Sequence record: SRR22947725_654
Direction: 5' to 3' (one strand)
Length of the DNA stretch: 64,000 nt
The notes under the pieces were generated by a model. The model was not told where the DNA came from. It saw only the letters and a list, made by a program, of their open reading frames with translations, and ran no database searches. A program made the translations under genes and the position numbers. The number at the start of each line of letters is the position of its first letter. The stretch's first letter is position 1. Below, in pieces: positions 59,459 to 64,000 of this stretch.

Positions 59459-59830
59459 ATGCTTTATATTCACGGGGGTAATAATAAGCAAATAGAGCTT
59501 TCACATCAGCTTTATAATTTTTGTTGCAATGGTCTATTCAAAGAAGACAATATCCCAAATATAGATCTTACCATTCATAAGGTTGAGGACGCACTTGCAT
59601 GGACAGACTATGAGGGCGATGGTAAGTTTTTTATTGAAATTGAAGAGACACTTGATCAAAAAAAATTTATTATTACCATGTGTCATGAGATGATCCATGT
59701 ATGCCAATTTTTATCAGGTGTGGAAGTAAGTGAATTATCAGCATATCATTATGAGGAGAAGATTGCTGAACAGTTTTATCTTGAGGAATTGAGATTAAAC
59801 CATAGTCCTTTAGATTTAAATGAGGACTAA
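59459..59830 (+). CDS. Hypothetical protein with HExxH zinc-metallopeptidase motif
   Basis: TMCHEMIHVCQ followed by E..AY; 123 aa, acidic. Confidence 0.65.
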   Translation: MLYIHGGNNKQIELSHQLYNFCCNGLFKEDNIPNIDLTIHKVEDALAWTDYEGDGKFFIEIEETLDQKKFIITMCHEMIHVCQFLSGVEVSELSAYHYEEKIAEQFYLEELRLNHSPLDLNED

Positions 59831-60912
59831 GGTAAATACTCCTTTAAGCTATCAATTGATTTGTTTAATTCTTCCATAGAATTTGAAGTTAGCGTGATAT
59901 GGCCAAGTTTTCTTCCCTTGCGCTCCTCTTTATCATAAAGATGTAAATGTGCATTTTTGGTTTTAAGTACCTTACTAGTTTGACCCTGCATACCAATAAT
60001 ATTAATCATCGCATTAAATGAACTTTTGATAGATGTCACTCCTAATGGAGAATTAGTAATTGCCCTAATATGATTTTCAAATTGAGAGGTTTGAGCGCCT
60101 TCAATTGTCCAATGACCTGAGTTGTGAACTCTTGGGGCAATTTCATTAACAATCAGCTCATCAGAGGAATCAAAAAGTTCAAGGGTCATTACACCAACAT
60201 GATCCATTTCATTAATCAATGAATGCATATATTCCTCTGCTTTTTTTTGAAGAGATTTTGATATATTTTGTGCAGGTGCAATTGTTAATCTTAATATTCC
60301 TTCATGATGTGTGTTTTCCACTAGTGGATAGTATTTAAGACTTGCATCCAGTCCTCTTACAGCGATTAAAGAGAGCTCTCGTTTGAACTTTATAAAGCCC
60401 TCCAAGATTGATTCAGCACCAGACATGTGGTCCCAGGCTTCATCGATTTCAGATTCAGATTTGATAAGAAATTGACCTTTTCCATCATAACCATCTTTAG
60501 CAGTTTTTAAAATTGCAGGAAGTCCTATCAATTCAACGGCACTTTTAAGTTCTAAGAAACTGTTAACCATTTTGAACGGTGCGCAAGGTATGTTTAACTT
60601 AGAAAGTAAGCTTTTCTCTCTTCCACGGTGCTGAGTTAGGTGGAGCGAACTTTCACTGGGATAGACTTTTGATTTTTTACTGACTTTGTTGACGATTGAT
60701 ACATCAGTATTTTCACTCTCATATGTCACAACATCAGAGTCATCAGAAAATAACTCAATTACATTAGAATGATTATTAATGTATGTTTTTCCTAAAAGAG
60801 AAGAGGGGTCTTCCTCTGATAAAGCCAGAAACCTCATTTGATGTCCCAAAGGGTAAGCTGATAGAGCAAGCATTCTTCCTAACTGACCAGCACCAAGAAC
60901 ACCAATTTTCAT
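59827..60912 (-). CDS. purK: N5-carboxyaminoimidazole ribonucleotide synthase
   Basis: GAGQLGRM, GYDGKGQ, NEIAPRVHNSGHWT, RKLGH. Confidence 0.97.
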   Translation of the reverse strand: MKIGVLGAGQLGRMLALSAYPLGHQMRFLALSEEDPSSLLGKTYINNHSNVIELFSDDSDVVTYESENTDVSIVNKVSKKSKVYPSESSLHLTQHRGREKSLLSKLNIPCAPFKMVNSFLELKSAVELIGLPAILKTAKDGYDGKGQFLIKSESEIDEAWDHMSGAESILEGFIKFKRELSLIAVRGLDASLKYYPLVENTHHEGILRLTIAPAQNISKSLQKKAEEYMHSLINEMDHVGVMTLELFDSSDELIVNEIAPRVHNSGHWTIEGAQTSQFENHIRAITNSPLGVTSIKSSFNAMINIIGMQGQTSKVLKTKNAHLHLYDKEERKGRKLGHITLTSNSMEELNKSIDSLKEYLP

Positions 60913-60915
60913 AAC

Positions 60916-61404
60916 TTATTTATTAGGATTAGGATTGTTTAGTACGCTTTGAGTTTGTTCTGAGCGAAATTGAGCAACTTTTTTTCTAACTTCTTCATTG
61001 TGGTTTCCAACAATTTGAGCGGCTAGTATTCCTGCATTTTTTGCACCTGATTCTCCTATAGCAAGTGTACCAACAGGAATGCCACCAGGCATTTGGACTA
61101 TAGATAATAATGAGTCTTGTCCGCTTAATGCCTTTGATTGAATGGGAACGCCAAGAACTGGCACAATAGTTTTTGATGCAACCATTCCGGGCAAGTGAGC
61201 TGATCCTCCAGCACCAGCAATAATGACTTCAAGACCCCTGTCCTGAGCAGTTTCCGCGTATTCAAACATTAGGTCAGGTGTTCTATGAGCAGAGACCACT
61301 CTAATCTCATAGGTTATACCAAACTCATCAAGCATATCTGTGGCACTTTTCATTGTGGGCCAATCAGACTTTGAACCCATAATTACTCCGACTATTGCAC
61401 TCAT
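60916..61404 (-). CDS. purE: N5-CAIR mutase
   Basis: [36 protein letters not shown]. Confidence 0.98.
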   Translation of the reverse strand: MSAIVGVIMGSKSDWPTMKSATDMLDEFGITYEIRVVSAHRTPDLMFEYAETAQDRGLEVIIAGAGGSAHLPGMVASKTIVPVLGVPIQSKALSGQDSLLSIVQMPGGIPVGTLAIGESGAKNAGILAAQIVGNHNEEVRKKVAQFRSEQTQSVLNNPNPNK

Positions 61405-61489
61405 TTTTGTGTTGGTGAGGAAATTGATGGAATTATACCAAAAACCCGATAACTATAAGAATTGAAACTTTGAAGTGGGAGAATATAAG

Positions 61490-62188
61490 TTAAATTTTAA
61501 AGTCGTTGTCCAAAAATGGCAGGTGGCCAGATCTTAAAACATGGGTTTTTGATCCTGCCGCTTCATACCAATCTTGAATTTTAACTGGAACAAGAGTATC
61601 GAGTGATCCAAGAATGCATTTTTTTGGTGTTGAAATATTTTTGAAAGTATCTCTTAGATCAGAATTTAAGATTATTTGAAGCCCATTATCCAAAGCGCTT
61701 TGTGATGCAGGGAATTTTTGAATAGATTGATGAAGCTCCTGAATTTGTGACTTATCTTTGCTTTGAAGACTAACAAAACGCTTTAGCGCTTTAGTACTAT
61801 CATTTTTCAAGTTGCTTACAAATTGATTAAAAACTTGGCTTTCGATTCCAAATTCCCAATCTGTATTATTTATAAGGCAAGGACTCGCAGCAACTAAAAT
61901 TAGCTCATTAACTTTAATTTGATTTGCTACAAAAGTTGATAAAAGTCCTCCTAAAGACCAGCCCAAGAGGATTGATTGTTCAGGGATCAGTTTAATGATC
62001 TCATTGCACCATGATTCAAGATTACCCTCAATATCAGGGCTTCTTCCATGTCCAGGTAGGTCGATAACTGTTATGCGGTATTTATGTTTATATTTTTCGA
62101 CAAGACTTTGAAAAATATCACTATTAAAAGCCCATCCATGTAAGAGAACAAGATCTGGCCCTTCACCTATAGTTTTATGCCATAGCAT
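61490..62188 (-). CDS. bioH: Pimeloyl-ACP methyl ester esterase (alpha/beta hydrolase)
   Basis: LLHGW, DLPGHG, GWSLGG nucleophile elbow, D.LVP, H.PF; follows bioF. Confidence 0.85.
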   Translation of the reverse strand: MLWHKTIGEGPDLVLLHGWAFNSDIFQSLVEKYKHKYRITVIDLPGHGRSPDIEGNLESWCNEIIKLIPEQSILLGWSLGGLLSTFVANQIKVNELILVAASPCLINNTDWEFGIESQVFNQFVSNLKNDSTKALKRFVSLQSKDKSQIQELHQSIQKFPASQSALDNGLQIILNSDLRDTFKNISTPKKCILGSLDTLVPVKIQDWYEAAGSKTHVLRSGHLPFLDNDFKI

Positions 62189-63284
62189 TTTTAACCTTTG
62201 CAAGTAGTGACTCTATTTCTTCAGATTGATGATTTGATGATAACGTAAACCGGAGTCTAGCTGTATTTGGGGGGACAGTGGGAGGACGAATTGCACTCAC
62301 AAAAAAACCTGAATCAAATAAATTATTACTAATTTCTAAAGCCCTTTGACTAGAGCCAACAATTAGTGGCTGAATGGCGCTATCTGAATTTTCAAAATTG
62401 AGCCCTAGTTGGCTTGACATAGTCTTAAAAAAATCAATATTTTTAAGTAGTTTTTCTTTTTGTTCTCCACTTTTAATAATTTCTAGGCTCATGAGTATTG
62501 CTTGGCAAACACTTGGTGGGATAGCAGTTGTATAGGTGTATGGTCTTGACTTTTGAATTAAGAATTCTATAAAGTCATTATTACCAGCAACAAATGCTCC
62601 CATAACGCCTGCAGCTTTACCTAACGTTGCCATATAGATAGAACTCTTAGGTATGAATGGATCAAAAATACCAAAGCCATGGGCATCATCTTGCATCAAA
62701 ATGGTATCAGTTTTACGAATAGCTTTGTCAATTCCAGCTATATCTGCTTGATCTCCATCCATACTAAATACGTTGTCTGTCACAACTAAGCCAGGACCTA
62801 TTTGTTTTTCGAGCTTGGAGTCAAGAGAGTCAAGGTTGTTATGAAGGTACCTTTGAATAGTCAGACCAGCTATTCGACTTCCATCAATTAAAGATGCATG
62901 GTTTAACTTGTCTTGTAGTGCCCATTTAATTTCGTCTCTGAGCGCTGAAAAAATTCCAAGATTAGCACTATAACCAGATGAGAATATGAGAGCATTCTCT
63001 TGCCCAGTAAATTCTGATAAGGCTTCTTCAAGAAGTTTATGAGACTCTGAGTGTCCACTGACAAGGTGAGATGCCCCTGAGCCAGAGCCATACTTTTCGA
63101 CTCCTTTAATGAACGCTTCTTTAACCTTGGGATGACTGGCAAGTGAAAGATAATCATTGGAGCAAAAATTAACTACTTCACTGCTATCGATGACCATTCT
63201 TGTTTTTTGGGGGCTGTTTGATACTCTTCGAGAGCGTAATAAATGATTATTTTCAAGCTCACTTATTTTTTTTGAAAAGTTCAT
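62175..63284 (-). CDS. bioF: 8-amino-7-oxononanoate synthase
   Basis: NFCSNDYLSL, SGYSAN, NHASLIDG, FSMDGD, DDAHG, TLGKA, IRPPTVP. Confidence 0.95.
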   Translation of the reverse strand: MNFSKKISELENNHLLRSRRVSNSPQKTRMVIDSSEVVNFCSNDYLSLASHPKVKEAFIKGVEKYGSGSGASHLVSGHSESHKLLEEALSEFTGQENALIFSSGYSANLGIFSALRDEIKWALQDKLNHASLIDGSRIAGLTIQRYLHNNLDSLDSKLEKQIGPGLVVTDNVFSMDGDQADIAGIDKAIRKTDTILMQDDAHGFGIFDPFIPKSSIYMATLGKAAGVMGAFVAGNNDFIEFLIQKSRPYTYTTAIPPSVCQAILMSLEIIKSGEQKEKLLKNIDFFKTMSSQLGLNFENSDSAIQPLIVGSSQRALEISNNLFDSGFFVSAIRPPTVPPNTARLRFTLSSNHQSEEIESLLAKVKNAMA

Positions 63285-63302
63285 GATAGTAATCTTAGAT
63301 TG

Positions 63303-64000
63303 CTATATGAGGTTTTCCATGGGTGATGAGGCACTTGCGTAGGCTTTTTTCATCATTCTGCCAGCAAGGTAAGATTTCCTTCCAGCTATAATCGCATGCT
63401 TCATTGCGCTGGCCATAATAAGTGGATCATTAGCATTGGCAATAGCAGAGTTCATTAAGACACCATCACAGCCAAGCTCCATGGCTCGAGCAGCATCACT
63501 TGCACAGCCAATTCCTGCATCAACTAAAACTGGAACACTGGAATTCTCTTTAATTAATTTAATGTTAAAAGGATTCGAAATACCCTGACCAGAGCCTATT
63601 AGTGAACCAAGTGGCATGATTGCACAGCAACCAATATCTTCAAGCTCTTTTGCAATAATTGGGTCATCAGAGGTATAAACCATAACATTAAAGTTTTCCT
63701 TGATTAGTGTTTTAGCTGCATCAAGAGTTTCTACGATATTTGGATAAAGAGTTTTTTCATCACCAAGGACTTCAAGTTTTACTAGGTTATGTCCATCAAG
63801 TAATTCCCTGGCCAAGAGGCACGTTCTCACAGCATCTTTTGCATTGTAGCATCCAGCAGTGTTTGGGAGAATCGTATATTTATCGGGAGAAATAACATCC
63901 AGGAGACTTTCCTCATTGGCATTTTGTCCGATATTAGTTCTGCGAATCGCAACAGTAATAATTTCTGAGCCTGATTTTTCAGTCGCTAATTTTGTCTCTT
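63303..64000 (-). CDS. thiG: Thiazole synthase (5' end outside the window)
   Basis: The frame stays open upstream of the listed ORF: TVAIRR, LPNTAGC, KLEV, MPLGS.IGSG.G, VDAGIG, A.ASSP. Confidence 0.96.
   Translation of the reverse strand, partial: ETKLATEKSGSEIITVAIRRTNIGQNANEESLLDVISPDKYTILPNTAGCYNAKDAVRTCLLARELLDGHNLVKLEVLGDEKTLYPNIVETLDAAKTLIKENFNVMVYTSDDPIIAKELEDIGCCAIMPLGSLIGSGQGISNPFNIKLIKENSSVPVLVDAGIGCASDAARAMELGCDGVLMNSAIANANDPLIMASAMKHAIIAGRKSYLAGRMMKKAYASASSPMENLI

Noticed and set aside
1-64000. CRISPR array, rRNA, and the other short overlapping ORFs in the track
   Set aside because: No regularly spaced repeats or rRNA-like sequence were seen; the remaining 60-135 aa ORFs overlap well-supported genes on the opposite strand or in another frame and carry no motifs.

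Overview
AT-rich bacterial chromosome segment. Gene content (dsrC/M/K, oadGAB, lolCD, lpxK-ycaR-kdsB, prmA, greA, xerD, bioFH) points to a marine gammaproteobacterium, and I infer the SUP05/Thioglobaceae lineage without a database check. Bases 1-25 kb are a mosaic surface-polysaccharide (O-antigen/LPS-type) island: amidase, GT-B-like protein, MDR + Gfo/Idh/MocA oxidoreductases, Fe(II)/2OG dioxygenase, Wzx- and Wzy-like proteins, GT4, two TylF O-methyltransferases, two phosphoglycosyl transferases, aldo-keto reductase, split transketolase, an SxtJ-SxtK-carbamoyltransferase-SGNH cassette and PglF/WbpM, followed by galU and glmS. The island carries a dead IS1595-family element that landed in codon 2 of the Wzy-like gene and whose right end now appears to supply that gene's in-frame ATG. 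It also carries a 2.7-kb, mostly minus-strand module: Cre-like tyrosine recombinase, XRE regulator, a GC-rich uncharacterised protein, a 38-bp inverted repeat and an RfaH-like antiterminator. Bases 28-64 kb are mostly housekeeping genes plus tRNA-Leu(CAA). Exceptions are a MazEF-like pair whose toxin lacks the catalytic Arg, and an orphan gltD-dsrC-dsrM-dsrK unit with no gltB, dsrAB, dsrEFH or dsrLJOP beside it. No rRNA or CRISPR array was seen. All product calls come from recognising motifs by eye.
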